Shown here piece by piece: positions 39,719 to 48,393 of a stretch of DNA of 64,000 nucleotides. Within the stretch, counting starts at the first letter, position 1. Every line of letters starts with the position of its first letter. The stretch is from NCBI GenBank assembly GCA_934230325.1, contig CAKQEP010000001.1, forward strand, positions 148,739-212,738, given 5' to 3'. The translations under genes and the position numbers were made by a program. The stretch is from an uncultured Clostridia bacterium (GTDB lineage: Bacteria > Bacillota > Clostridia > Christensenellales > CAG-314). The notes under the pieces were generated by a model that saw nothing but the letters and a program-made list of their open reading frames with translations, was not told the DNA's origin and searched no databases.

Positions 39719-39852
39719 ATTCCGATTGAAAGATTATCGAGATAAAAACTATGGTATTAAAAAATCGACGGCAATTTACCGTCGATTTTTTGTAGTAATA
39801 ATTCAGAACAAACAAATCGGTTATCGATACAAAAAAACCTTATACGCTTTTT

Positions 39853-41037
39853 TTAAAAACCGATTTCCTCTCTACATTCGACAAAGGCTTTAACGCATTT
39901 GTCGATATCTTCGTGCGTGTGAGCCGCAGACATTTGCGTGCGGATACGCGCCTTGTCTTTAGGCACTACGGGATAGAAAAATCCCGTTACGTATATGCCT
40001 TTTTTGAGCATAAGGTCGGCAACCTTTTGGCTGAGAACCGCATCGTACAACATTACCGGAATGATAGCGTGGTCTTTGCCTATGAGGTCAAACTTGTTGG
40101 CTTCCATCTGCGCGCGGAAGTATTTTGCGTTGTCCATTACTTTATCGCGCAAAGACGTGTCTTTGGTGAGCATTTCCAAAACTTTCAAGGTAGTAGCGCA
40201 AATAGCGGGCGCAACGGTATTTGAGAAAAGGTAAGGACGGCTACGTTGACGAAGCAAATCGATAATTTCTCTCCTGCCGCTGGTAAAGCCGCCGCTCGCT
40301 CCGCCGAGAGCCTTTCCGAAAGTACCGGTGATAATATCGACTCTGCCGACAACGCCGCAATACTCCGCCGTTCCTCTGCCGGTTGCGCCTACAAAACCGG
40401 TAGCGTGACTGTCGTCTACGACAACCAATGCGCCGTATTTCTCTGCCAAATCGCAAATTCCTTTAAGGTTTGCGATTATGCCGTCCATACTGAATACGCC
40501 GTCGGTGACGATTACTTTGTGTTTGCAACCGTCGGCTTCCGCCTGTTTGAGTTTTGCTTCCAAATCTTCCATATCGTTGTTTGCGTAACGATATTTGTGC
40601 GCTTTAGAAAGACGTACGCCGTCAATAATACTTGCGTGGTTGAGAGCGTCGCTTATTATTGCGTCGTCGGGCGTGGTTATGGTTTCAAACAAACCGCCGT
40701 TTGCGTCAAAGCAACTGCTGTAAAGAATAGTGTCGTCGGTGGACAAAAATTTGCTTATCGCCCCTTCCAACTCTTTATGTATCGTCTGCGTGCCGCAAAT
40801 GAAACGCACGCTGCTCATTCCGTAACCGTATTTGTCATAACTTGCTTTTGCCGCCGCAATAAGTTCCTTATTATCGGACAAACCCAAATAGTTGTTTGCG
40901 CAAAAGTTAAGCACGCCGTTTGCTTTGGTAGTATCTATTTTTGCGCTTTGAGGAGTGGTGATTATGCGTTCTTCCTTCCACAACCCGCTTTTTTTAATGT
41001 CGTCGAGAATCCCTTGAAAATACTTGTTGTCTATCAT
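39853..41037 (-). CDS. kbl: glycine C-acetyltransferase (2-amino-3-ketobutyrate CoA ligase)
   Basis: FCANNYLGL, DDSHATGF.G..GRGT, and SFGKALGG-type PLP lysine context TFGKALGG. Confidence 0.9.
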   Translation of the reverse strand: MIDNKYFQGILDDIKKSGLWKEERIITTPQSAKIDTTKANGVLNFCANNYLGLSDNKELIAAAKASYDKYGYGMSSVRFICGTQTIHKELEGAISKFLSTDDTILYSSCFDANGGLFETITTPDDAIISDALNHASIIDGVRLSKAHKYRYANNDMEDLEAKLKQAEADGCKHKVIVTDGVFSMDGIIANLKGICDLAEKYGALVVVDDSHATGFVGATGRGTAEYCGVVGRVDIITGTFGKALGGASGGFTSGRREIIDLLRQRSRPYLFSNTVAPAICATTLKVLEMLTKDTSLRDKVMDNAKYFRAQMEANKFDLIGKDHAIIPVMLYDAVLSQKVADLMLKKGIYVTGFFYPVVPKDKARIRTQMSAAHTHEDIDKCVKAFVECREEIGF

Positions 41038-41056
41038 AAAAAATTGCTCCTATTGA

Positions 41057-42094
41057 TTATTTTACCCAGTTGAGAATGATTTTGCCGCTCTTGCCGCTGT
41101 TCATATCGGCAAAGCCTTTTTCAAAGTCGTGATAATCGTATTCGCCGGTGATAATTGCGGATACGTCCAAACCGCTCTTTAACATCGACGTCATCTTGTG
41201 CCAAGTTTCAAATACTTCTCTGCCGTAAATGCCCTGCAACGTTAGCATATTAAATATGATTTGGTTCCAGTCCACCTTTGTGTTTGGACCTTGCAAACCG
41301 AGCATCGCTATCTTGCCGCCCATAATCATATTGTCAATCATTTCGTTAAAAGCGACGCCGCTACCGCTCATTTCCAAACCGACGTCAAAACCTTCCGTCA
41401 TGCCGATTTGTTGCTGAACGTCCTTAATACGAGTGTTGAGCGTGTTTACTGCGATAACCGACGGACAAACCTTTTTTGCAAGTTGTAGTCTGTAATCGCT
41501 TATGTCCGTCAAAACGACGTTTTTTGCGCCTACGTGACGGCAAATAGCCGCCGCCATTATTCCTATAGGACCTGCGCCCGTGATAAGAACGTCCTCTCCC
41601 ACCATACCGAATTTTAGCGCGGTGTGCGTTGCGTTGCCGAGCGGATCGAATATAGCGTACATTTTTTCCGGAATATCTTTGTCACACAACCAAAGGTTGC
41701 TGATGGGAATACTTGCGTATTCGGCAAATATGCCGTCTCTGTTTACGCCTATGCCTTGCGTGTTGGGGCAAAGATGTCTGCGCCCCGCGCGACAATTGCG
41801 GCAAGTACCGCAAACGACGTGACCTTCCGCAGAAACGAGGTCGCCTACTTTAAATGCGTTTGTATAGCCTTTAATCTCAACAATTTCCCCTACGAATTCA
41901 TGACCTATCGTCATAGGAGGTTTGATAGTGTTTTGTGACCAAGCGTCCCAATTGTAAATGTGAACGTCTGTGCCGCAGATAGCGGTACGACGTATTTTTA
42001 CCAGTGCTTCTCCGTCTTTAAGCACGGGTACGTCCTTGCGAACAAGTTCCAACCCTTGTTGCGCTGCAGGCTTGATGATTGCGTCCATCTTCAT
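41057..42094 (-). CDS. tdh: L-threonine 3-dehydrogenase
   Basis: Zn-ADH motifs GHEFVGEIVEIG-like and C..C..C..G....C, GAGPIG, synteny with kbl. Confidence 0.9.
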   Translation of the reverse strand: MKMDAIIKPAAQQGLELVRKDVPVLKDGEALVKIRRTAICGTDVHIYNWDAWSQNTIKPPMTIGHEFVGEIVEIKGYTNAFKVGDLVSAEGHVVCGTCRNCRAGRRHLCPNTQGIGVNRDGIFAEYASIPISNLWLCDKDIPEKMYAIFDPLGNATHTALKFGMVGEDVLITGAGPIGIMAAAICRHVGAKNVVLTDISDYRLQLAKKVCPSVIAVNTLNTRIKDVQQQIGMTEGFDVGLEMSGSGVAFNEMIDNMIMGGKIAMLGLQGPNTKVDWNQIIFNMLTLQGIYGREVFETWHKMTSMLKSGLDVSAIITGEYDYHDFEKGFADMNSGKSGKIILNWVK

Positions 42095-42155
42095 TTTTAG
42101 TACCTCTAAAAAATATTAAATTTTATTATCAACGAGTTAAAAAACACGCAATAAA

Positions 42156-43307
42156 CTATTTTGTAATGCCGTCGGCGGCTATTATGCCGCTAACAAATGC
42201 AAAATAAAGATTATAACCCCCGCAAGGTCCGTCAACGTCGACAGCCTCACCCGTCACGGCAATACCGTTTGGCAACCTAAAATTGCCGTCGAGATATTTT
42301 GTATCCACGCCGCCGCAAGTAACTTGACTTAAAGAGTAGTCCGTGACTTCCGCATCAAAAAACATAAGATTTTTGACCTTTTCCGCAAGTTTTTGCGGGG
42401 TGCGCTCGGTTGTTTTAAGCACGTATTCACTCAATTTGTTGGGCAACAAACCTACAAACAAATCGTTGGCGTCGTAGCCGTCTTTTGTTCTTTTGTTTAA
42501 TATGCTTGTCAATTTGTCGGTATCGAAATCAGGCAACAAATCAAGGCAAAGATCAAATTTTGCGGCGTCGCCCGCAACTCTCGCTCTTGCGATAAACATG
42601 CTGATATTAAGCGCGCATATCCCGCTTATTCCAAAGTCGCGAAATAAAACTTCCCCTTTTTCCTCTGCGACAAAGCGGTCGTTTTTAAAAAGTTTAACGT
42701 TTGCGCGCGCTCTCGTACCCGAAAGCAAACCGCTCGGATTTTTGATTTTTAACGGCGTAAGCGACGGACTCGTTGCCGTCAAATACTTTTTGTCGATAAT
42801 GCGCTCTATATCTGTCTGAGCCGCTTGCGAACGACTCCCCGTCGCAACGATAACTCTATCGGCAAAAAAATCGCCTTTTGTCGTTTTTGCGAGATAGCCG
42901 CCGCATTGTTGTTCAACGGCAAAAACGTGGCAGTCGCAAATGATTTTTACGCCGCAACGCGACGCATTAAGCCGCAAAGCGTCACAAACGGTGTTTGCGG
43001 AATAGGTGACGGGGTAAACTCTCCCCTCCTCGTCGGGACAAGAAAGAAAAATACCGCACTCGTCCAAAAAATCCGCGTACCGTTGCTTTGCGGCGTCGGT
43101 AAAGCATTTTTTAACAAAATCTTTGTTTTTGTATTTTTCACAAGACTCGTCGGCGTTTTTGATATTGCATCTGCCGCCGCCCGTCATAAGCAGTTTTTTA
43201 CAGACGCGGCTGTTTGACTCCGCCACTACAACATCGTCACTGCGCCGCGCGCATATTATTGCGGAAACCAACCCGCTGACTCCTCCGCCTACGACAAAAA
43301 TCTTCAT
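42156..43307 (-). CDS. HI0933-like FAD-dependent oxidoreductase (aminoacetone-oxidase/BaiN family)
   Basis: MKIFVVGGGVSGL dinucleotide fold and GGGRCNI motif. Confidence 0.75.
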   Translation of the reverse strand: MKIFVVGGGVSGLVSAIICARRSDDVVVAESNSRVCKKLLMTGGGRCNIKNADESCEKYKNKDFVKKCFTDAAKQRYADFLDECGIFLSCPDEEGRVYPVTYSANTVCDALRLNASRCGVKIICDCHVFAVEQQCGGYLAKTTKGDFFADRVIVATGSRSQAAQTDIERIIDKKYLTATSPSLTPLKIKNPSGLLSGTRARANVKLFKNDRFVAEEKGEVLFRDFGISGICALNISMFIARARVAGDAAKFDLCLDLLPDFDTDKLTSILNKRTKDGYDANDLFVGLLPNKLSEYVLKTTERTPQKLAEKVKNLMFFDAEVTDYSLSQVTCGGVDTKYLDGNFRLPNGIAVTGEAVDVDGPCGGYNLYFAFVSGIIAADGITK

Positions 43308-43382
43308 ACGTCAATTATAAACACATTTGCAAAAAATGTAAAACATTTATTGCGGCAAAATACAAATAATCGGATAAAATTT

Positions 43383-43931
43383 TTATTTGCTGTCGCCGCT
43401 TGCGCTCCCGTAAACTTTTTCGTACTCGGTAAGATACTCTTCTATTTTAAGCATCGCTTCTTTCGCGTCGCATATTTTGTTTACCGCCGTTTTTTTGCCT
43501 TCCAAAGTTTTGTACACGGTAAAAAAATGCATCATTTCTTCCGCAATATGAAAAGGCAAATCGTTTATGGACTTGTAAGTGTTGTAAGTAGGATCGCCAA
43601 AAGGAACGGCTATTATTTTTTCGTCGAGATAGTGTTGGTCCACCATTGCAATCATGCCTATGGGATAGCATCTTACCGTGCAGTTTGTTTCTATCGGCTC
43701 GCTACACAAAACAAGCACGTCGAGGTGGTCGCCGTCGGCGGCAAGAGTGCGCGGTATCAAACCGTAATTTGCGGGGTAGCGCGTAGCGGTATAAAGCACT
43801 CTGTCAAGTATAATATAACCCGTTTCTTTGTCTAACTCATATTTCATTTTGCTGCCTTTTGTTATCTCTATCAAAGCAACAAAATCGTCGGGTTTAATTC
43901 TGGATTTGTTAATTTTGTCAATTCCTATCAC
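43383..43931 (-). CDS. ppa: inorganic pyrophosphatase (family I)
   Basis: YELDKETG...DR.LYT...YP.NYG.IP.T...DGD.LDVLVL. Confidence 0.9.
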   Translation of the reverse strand: MIGIDKINKSRIKPDDFVALIEITKGSKMKYELDKETGYIILDRVLYTATRYPANYGLIPRTLAADGDHLDVLVLCSEPIETNCTVRCYPIGMIAMVDQHYLDEKIIAVPFGDPTYNTYKSINDLPFHIAEEMMHFFTVYKTLEGKKTAVNKICDAKEAMLKIEEYLTEYEKVYGSASGDSK

Positions 43932-44076
43932 TGCGCATTTTCTCCTATTGATTGATTATACCGCAAAAGTTGGTTTTTGTAAACAATATTCACACAATCG
44001 GGTAAATATTTTCACAATGTCAGACATAGAACAAACCAAGACCTTACTAAAACGCCTACTTACGGAGCATAAACGC

Positions 44077-45264
44077 ATGGATATAGTGGCAAAATTTGGC
44101 GGAAGCAGTCTTTCCGACAGCAAAAACTGGAAAAAAATAGCCGACATATTAAAAGAAAACAAACAGCGCAGACTGGTAGTGTTGTCTGCGCAGGGAAAAA
44201 GATTTTTTAACGACATAAAAGTCACCGATTTGCTTATCGAGTATTGCTCAAAAACCGACTCAAAACAAAAGAACAATATTTGGCAACAAATCAAGGCAAG
44301 ATACGCCGCAATCGCAAAAGATTTCAGCGTTGATTTTAATGCGGTATTAAACGAAACGGAACAATCTTTACCCCTTTTGTCACGTTGCGCCGTCATAAGT
44401 CGCGGAGAGTATTTGTCCGCAAAACTTTTTGCTCTCATAAACAACTTTACGTATCTCGAAGCGGCAAAGTTAATCAAATTCGACAAGGACAAAAAACTTT
44501 TGACCGACCTCACCTTTCAACTTTTGCGCGACGCCGTATCCGACGGAAAAAAGTATGTTATCGGCGGTTTTTACGGTAGCGACACGCAAAACCGAATTGT
44601 GTTGTTTGACAGAGGCGGCAGCGATATATCCGGCGCGCTTTTTGCTGCTGCGGTTAATGCTGAAATGTACGAAAACTGGACGGACGTAAGCGGTTTTTAC
44701 GTATGCGATCCGCGTATAGTGCTAAATCCCGTCAAAATAAACTGTATGTCTTTTGAACAACTAAAAACTCTGTCGCGATACGGCGCGGGAGTACTGCACG
44801 CCGACAGCGTTTATCCTGCGTCGACGAGAGGTATACCGATAATAATAAAAAGCATATTCAAGCCGCACGACAGCGGCACTTCTATCGTTCGGCAAAATTC
44901 TACGCAAAGCACAGTCATAGGCATAACCGCTCTATCTGCGTTAAAAATAAAGCGATACCGCAATTCTAAATACTCTAATATACCCGACAACCCCCTGTTT
45001 TTTTGCAGAACCGATAATTTTGATTTGATATACCTAAAGCAAGGCAACAAAATCGACGGTAAAGAACCGTCGCAAACGACGGCTATATTGACAGTGGTAC
45101 ATAACAATGTGAAAAATATCGCCGATATTGTCTGTAAAACGCTTGACGAAAACGACGTATCAAACCATTTGCTTTGTTATGACGACCGCATGTTGATGAC
45201 TGAAATTTCTCCGTTGTTTTCTGCTCGCGCGATAAAAAAAGTATACAATCGTTTTTTTGAGTAA
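44077..45264 (+). CDS. aspartate kinase
   Basis: VAKFGGSSL, FDRGGSD and TDV.G.Y..DPR. Start at MDIVAKFGG with SD GGAG; ATG 44017 is an alternative. The track ORF extension overlaps ppa. Confidence 0.8.
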   Translation: MDIVAKFGGSSLSDSKNWKKIADILKENKQRRLVVLSAQGKRFFNDIKVTDLLIEYCSKTDSKQKNNIWQQIKARYAAIAKDFSVDFNAVLNETEQSLPLLSRCAVISRGEYLSAKLFALINNFTYLEAAKLIKFDKDKKLLTDLTFQLLRDAVSDGKKYVIGGFYGSDTQNRIVLFDRGGSDISGALFAAAVNAEMYENWTDVSGFYVCDPRIVLNPVKINCMSFEQLKTLSRYGAGVLHADSVYPASTRGIPIIIKSIFKPHDSGTSIVRQNSTQSTVIGITALSALKIKRYRNSKYSNIPDNPLFFCRTDNFDLIYLKQGNKIDGKEPSQTTAILTVVHNNVKNIADIVCKTLDENDVSNHLLCYDDRMLMTEISPLFSARAIKKVYNRFFE

Positions 45265-45267
45265 AAA

Positions 45268-45303
45268 AAGCGTTTCTTTGTTGCAATAAACAAAGAAACG
45301 CTT
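45268..45303. terminator. intrinsic terminator between convergent genes
   Basis: aagcgtttctttgtt-gcaata-aacaaagaaacgctt. The T-run is on the minus strand. Confidence 0.7.
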
Positions 45304-45387
45304 AAATCCGTTTAAATTTTGATATAAATCAGGGTTTTTTGAATATTTTTATTCTTTTTTTGCGGTTTTTTTGACGGCAAACAACCC

Positions 45388-46626
45388 TTACTTTATTTTT
45401 TTGCTTTCTATGTAATAGCGTTTTTCTGCCGCTTCTCCCATAGAAAACGTTTTGCGCGGAAATGCTCCGACTTTGAGTACATAATCAAACAAATCGTTTT
45501 TGTCAAGCGGCGGCAAAGTGATACCGATTGCGTTTTCTGCTTTGTCTACAACTTGTTTGAGGTCTTCCAACCCGTGTACGTAGTCCACTTTTGCGCCGTC
45601 GTGCGTCTTGATATAATTATCTATATACTCTTGAACTTTACCCACTGCAACCGCTGCGTTTTTGGGAAGTTTGATTTTTTGTTCTCCGTTTTGTTTGGTA
45701 TAAACGATGCAATCTGCGTCTCCGCCGCATACCTTTAAAAATCCTTCCAAAAAGTCCGGCTGTACGTTAAATACGGCGCGATGAATAGGCTCGAATACCA
45801 AACCCGCGTCGTGAAGATTTTCCACTTCTACCAACGCAAAACGCGCGGGGTGATTTTGTCTTTCTTCGGGAGAAAGGTTTTGTTTTATCGTTTCCCAACA
45901 CGCTTTTGCCGTTGCGAGAGAGTGGTTTCCGTCACCGACCGCAAACTGCATGACTTCTTTGTCCGTACCGTAAAGGCGTTTGAGATAATCTTTGTCCATC
46001 AATTTGTCAAGTTTAGCAATAACTTCGTCGGTGTTTTCTACCTTGTATCCAACGACGTGTCCGCCGTCCATATTAAGGTCAAAATCGTAAAGTTTTTGCA
46101 GTTTGTTTCTGTTTTGATAAAGATTTTCTATTATTTTTTGTTCTCTGTCGTCAATAAGAAGCAAAATATGCGGCAACTCGACGGGCGCGTTGATACGTAT
46201 TTTTTTGCGCGGCGGGATACGTTCTACAACGGTACCTTCCGTTGCGCGGATAAGAGCGTGATCTTCTCTGACAAAACTGTACGCTTCCAAGTCTACGGCA
46301 AGCACAAGCCCCAAACGGTGCGGGGTGACTGCCGTCGTTCTGTCTATCAAAACCATACATTTGCCGATATCGGTCAAAGTGCCGTCCTGCAAGTATTTGT
46401 TCATAGTGGCGTTGATATTGTCTATGATAGGTTGATTGTCTTGCGACAAAAACGCTTCGGGAAAAATCATTCTCAAAGTGCTGGGCGTGTTGCCGACTGT
46501 TTTGTCAAGTTGATGCCAGTACTCCGGCTGACTTGTAAACTGATCGCAAGCCACGACCGCCCATTTAGACATATCCACGTTTTTTGCGGGCATAAGAATA
46601 TCCGCTGCCTTTACAATGCTATTCAT
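45388..46626 (-). CDS. DUF1015 domain-containing protein
   Basis: 412 aa. N-terminal ILMPAKNVDMSKWAVVACDQFTSQ and central VGDGNHSLATAK resemble DUF1015. SD AAAGGAGA. Confidence 0.7.
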   Translation of the reverse strand: MNSIVKAADILMPAKNVDMSKWAVVACDQFTSQPEYWHQLDKTVGNTPSTLRMIFPEAFLSQDNQPIIDNINATMNKYLQDGTLTDIGKCMVLIDRTTAVTPHRLGLVLAVDLEAYSFVREDHALIRATEGTVVERIPPRKKIRINAPVELPHILLLIDDREQKIIENLYQNRNKLQKLYDFDLNMDGGHVVGYKVENTDEVIAKLDKLMDKDYLKRLYGTDKEVMQFAVGDGNHSLATAKACWETIKQNLSPEERQNHPARFALVEVENLHDAGLVFEPIHRAVFNVQPDFLEGFLKVCGGDADCIVYTKQNGEQKIKLPKNAAVAVGKVQEYIDNYIKTHDGAKVDYVHGLEDLKQVVDKAENAIGITLPPLDKNDLFDYVLKVGAFPRKTFSMGEAAEKRYYIESKKIK

Positions 46627-46662
46627 TTTGTCTCCTTTATTTTTTAAGTCCGGTGACTTTTT

Positions 46663-46803
46663 TTAAAATAAGTATCCTATGCAAAGCCAAATCAAAACTC
46701 CGGCAATCACTGCCAAAACTTTTGCGGGCCAATGCTCTAAAAACACGTGCTTAAACCATTGTTTTACCTTGCGGCTTTTTTCCGTCTGTTGATTACTCTT
46801 CAT
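46663..46803 (-). CDS. 46-aa single-TM ORF resembling only the N-terminal anchor of CdaR/YbbR (not in the ORF track)
   Basis: MKSNQQTEKSRKVKQWFKHVFLEHWPAKVLAVIAGVLIWLCIGYLF. The start overlaps the cdaA stop. Compare B. subtilis CdaR N-terminus FLNNRWAVKIIALLFALLLYV (from memory). Confidence 0.3.
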   Translation of the reverse strand: MKSNQQTEKSRKVKQWFKHVFLEHWPAKVLAVIAGVLIWLCIGYLF

Positions 46804-47653
46804 AATTGCCTATCCTCCAAAAAGCGTCCTTGTCCTTTGCCGCTTTGACGTCGTAACACAACTGCAAAGCGTTGGTGAGAGAACTGCCGTCGAGATAACG
46901 TTTGATATGCTTGTCATACATGGCGGTGATTATGCCCGTTTCTTCCGACACTACTATCGCGGTAAGGCTCGGATGCGACTCCGTAATACCCATAGCGGCG
47001 CGATGGCGCGTGCCGAAGTCTTTGGGCAGGTTAACGTCCTGACTGAGCGGAAGATAGCACCCCGCCGCAAGTATTCTGTCCCCTTTTATTATGACCGCGC
47101 CGTCGTGTAGCGGCGATTTGGGGAAGAAAATAGTTTCCAACAGTTCGCTACTGATTTTTGCGTTGATATAAGTTCCGCTTTCAATTATATAGTCGTAAAT
47201 ATTGTCTTTTACGACGATAATAAGCGCGCCGACGTCCGTCTTTGACATGTTTTGGCATGCTTTAACTATTTTGGCAATATTTGCGTCGATTTCCTCCGGA
47301 CTCAGCACGTTTTCCTCTCCGGTTGAGAAAAACAAAAAGCGTTTTGCAAGGCTTGCTTTAAACACGTCTCTGCGAATATCGTTTCGGAAAAGTATTATCG
47401 TAAGCAAAACGTACAACTCTATCACTACCGCAAAGAGAACTATAAAAAATCCTTTGCGTCCGTCCTTGCACAAAAACGTAAACCCGAAAGTCAGGACGAC
47501 AAGAACAAATAAAAAGTACGCCAAAAAGGTATTGTTGCGTCTTGCGGCATAACAATACACGTACATGACCGACGCCACTAATAATATAATTTGCAAAGCG
47601 TCTACAAAACCGAATCCGGCAAAAACCTGCGAAATATACTGTGCAAAGTCCAT
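46793..47653 (-). CDS. cdaA: diadenylate cyclase CdaA
   Basis: Three N-terminal TM helices and DAC domain motifs DGAVII, RHRAAMGI and VVSEETG. Start at MDFAQY with SD GGAGG. Confidence 0.9.
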   Translation of the reverse strand: MDFAQYISQVFAGFGFVDALQIILLVASVMYVYCYAARRNNTFLAYFLFVLVVLTFGFTFLCKDGRKGFFIVLFAVVIELYVLLTIILFRNDIRRDVFKASLAKRFLFFSTGEENVLSPEEIDANIAKIVKACQNMSKTDVGALIIVVKDNIYDYIIESGTYINAKISSELLETIFFPKSPLHDGAVIIKGDRILAAGCYLPLSQDVNLPKDFGTRHRAAMGITESHPSLTAIVVSEETGIITAMYDKHIKRYLDGSSLTNALQLCYDVKAAKDKDAFWRIGNYEE

Positions 47654-47730
47654 AAAAAACCTCCGTATTATAATACAACATATTTTGCCGCTTTGCAAGT
47701 CATTTTGAGATAAATTTTGTTTTAAAACAC

Positions 47731-47757
47731 AAAAAATTGCCGTTTTTACGCGGCAAT
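47731..47757 (-). terminator. intrinsic terminator
   Basis: Minus strand: attgccg-cgtaaaaa-cggcaat followed by a T-run. Confidence 0.65.
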
Positions 47758-47776
47758 CTCTTATACGTCTTTAAAT

Positions 47777-48271
47777 TTATTTGTCGTAATCGTCATCATC
47801 GTCCGACTCGTCGTCTTCGTCGTCATCGTCGTCAAACTCCTCGTCGTCGTCATAAAAATCAAAATCGTCTACTTCGTCAATAGGCTCGCTTTCCTCTTCT
47901 TCCTCCTCCTCGTCTTCGGCTTCCTCCTCGCCTTGCAACTCTTCAAGAGGAATCTCTATCTTGTCGCTTTCGTACTCGTCGGGATCGTCGTCAAGATAGT
48001 TGCGCCATTCGTCGTCGTTTTCGTCCAAAGGATCGCGATTGTCTTTTGCTGCCGCGCACGTGTCGCACATCTCGTCCTCTACGTTGATATACACGCGTTT
48101 GCAAATAGGACAAAGTTTTGTGAGTTCTTCCTCCAATTCGAGGTCGTCGTCCTCCAAAATGACGCTGGACTGCATACCCAACTCGGCTTTGCAGACGTCG
48201 CACATTTCTTGACGGCTATCCATATAATTAAGTTCACAGCGAGGGCATTTTACATACTTGATTTTAGACAT
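47777..48271 (-). CDS. double zinc-ribbon protein with extremely acidic C-terminal tail
   Basis: Two copies of CP.C-x11-CD.C. By my count 55 of the last 88 residues are D/E. It has its own promoter, SD AGGGAG and terminator. Confidence 0.6.
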   Translation of the reverse strand: MSKIKYVKCPRCELNYMDSRQEMCDVCKAELGMQSSVILEDDDLELEEELTKLCPICKRVYINVEDEMCDTCAAAKDNRDPLDENDDEWRNYLDDDPDEYESDKIEIPLEELQGEEEAEDEEEEEEESEPIDEVDDFDFYDDDEEFDDDDDEDDESDDDDDYDK

Positions 48272-48297
48272 AAATAATCTCCCTAATTTGCTATGGT

Positions 48298-48326
48298 ATT
48301 ATATATACAAAATCGTATTTTGTAAA
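48298..48326 (-). promoter_or_regulatory. promoter of the acidic zinc-ribbon gene
   Basis: Minus strand: TTTACA, 17-nt spacer, TATAAT. Confidence 0.55.
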
Positions 48327-48393
48327 CTGTTTTTTGTATTTTTTTCCAAAAAAAACGGAAAAAGCGTTTTGCTCCTCCGTTTTGCGTGTATTT

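Noticed and set aside
40246-41073. 275-aa plus-strand ORF across kbl
   Set aside because: It is antisense to kbl, has no start context, and its translation is non-protein-like.
43828-44076. N-terminal extension of the aspartate kinase ORF
   Set aside because: It overlaps the 5' end of ppa on the other strand and encodes hydrophobic low-complexity sequence. The KFGGSS kinase N-terminus begins at ATG 44077, which has an SD.
45781-46647. 288-aa plus-strand ORF across the DUF1015 gene
   Set aside because: It is an antisense shadow ORF. The minus-strand frame carries the recognisable protein together with an SD and a terminator.
47790-47940. GA[CT]/GAA/GAG triplet-rich tract that looks like a microsatellite or array
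   Set aside because: It is in frame and encodes the poly-D/E tail of the zinc-ribbon protein. There is no regular repeat-spacer structure, so it is not a CRISPR array.
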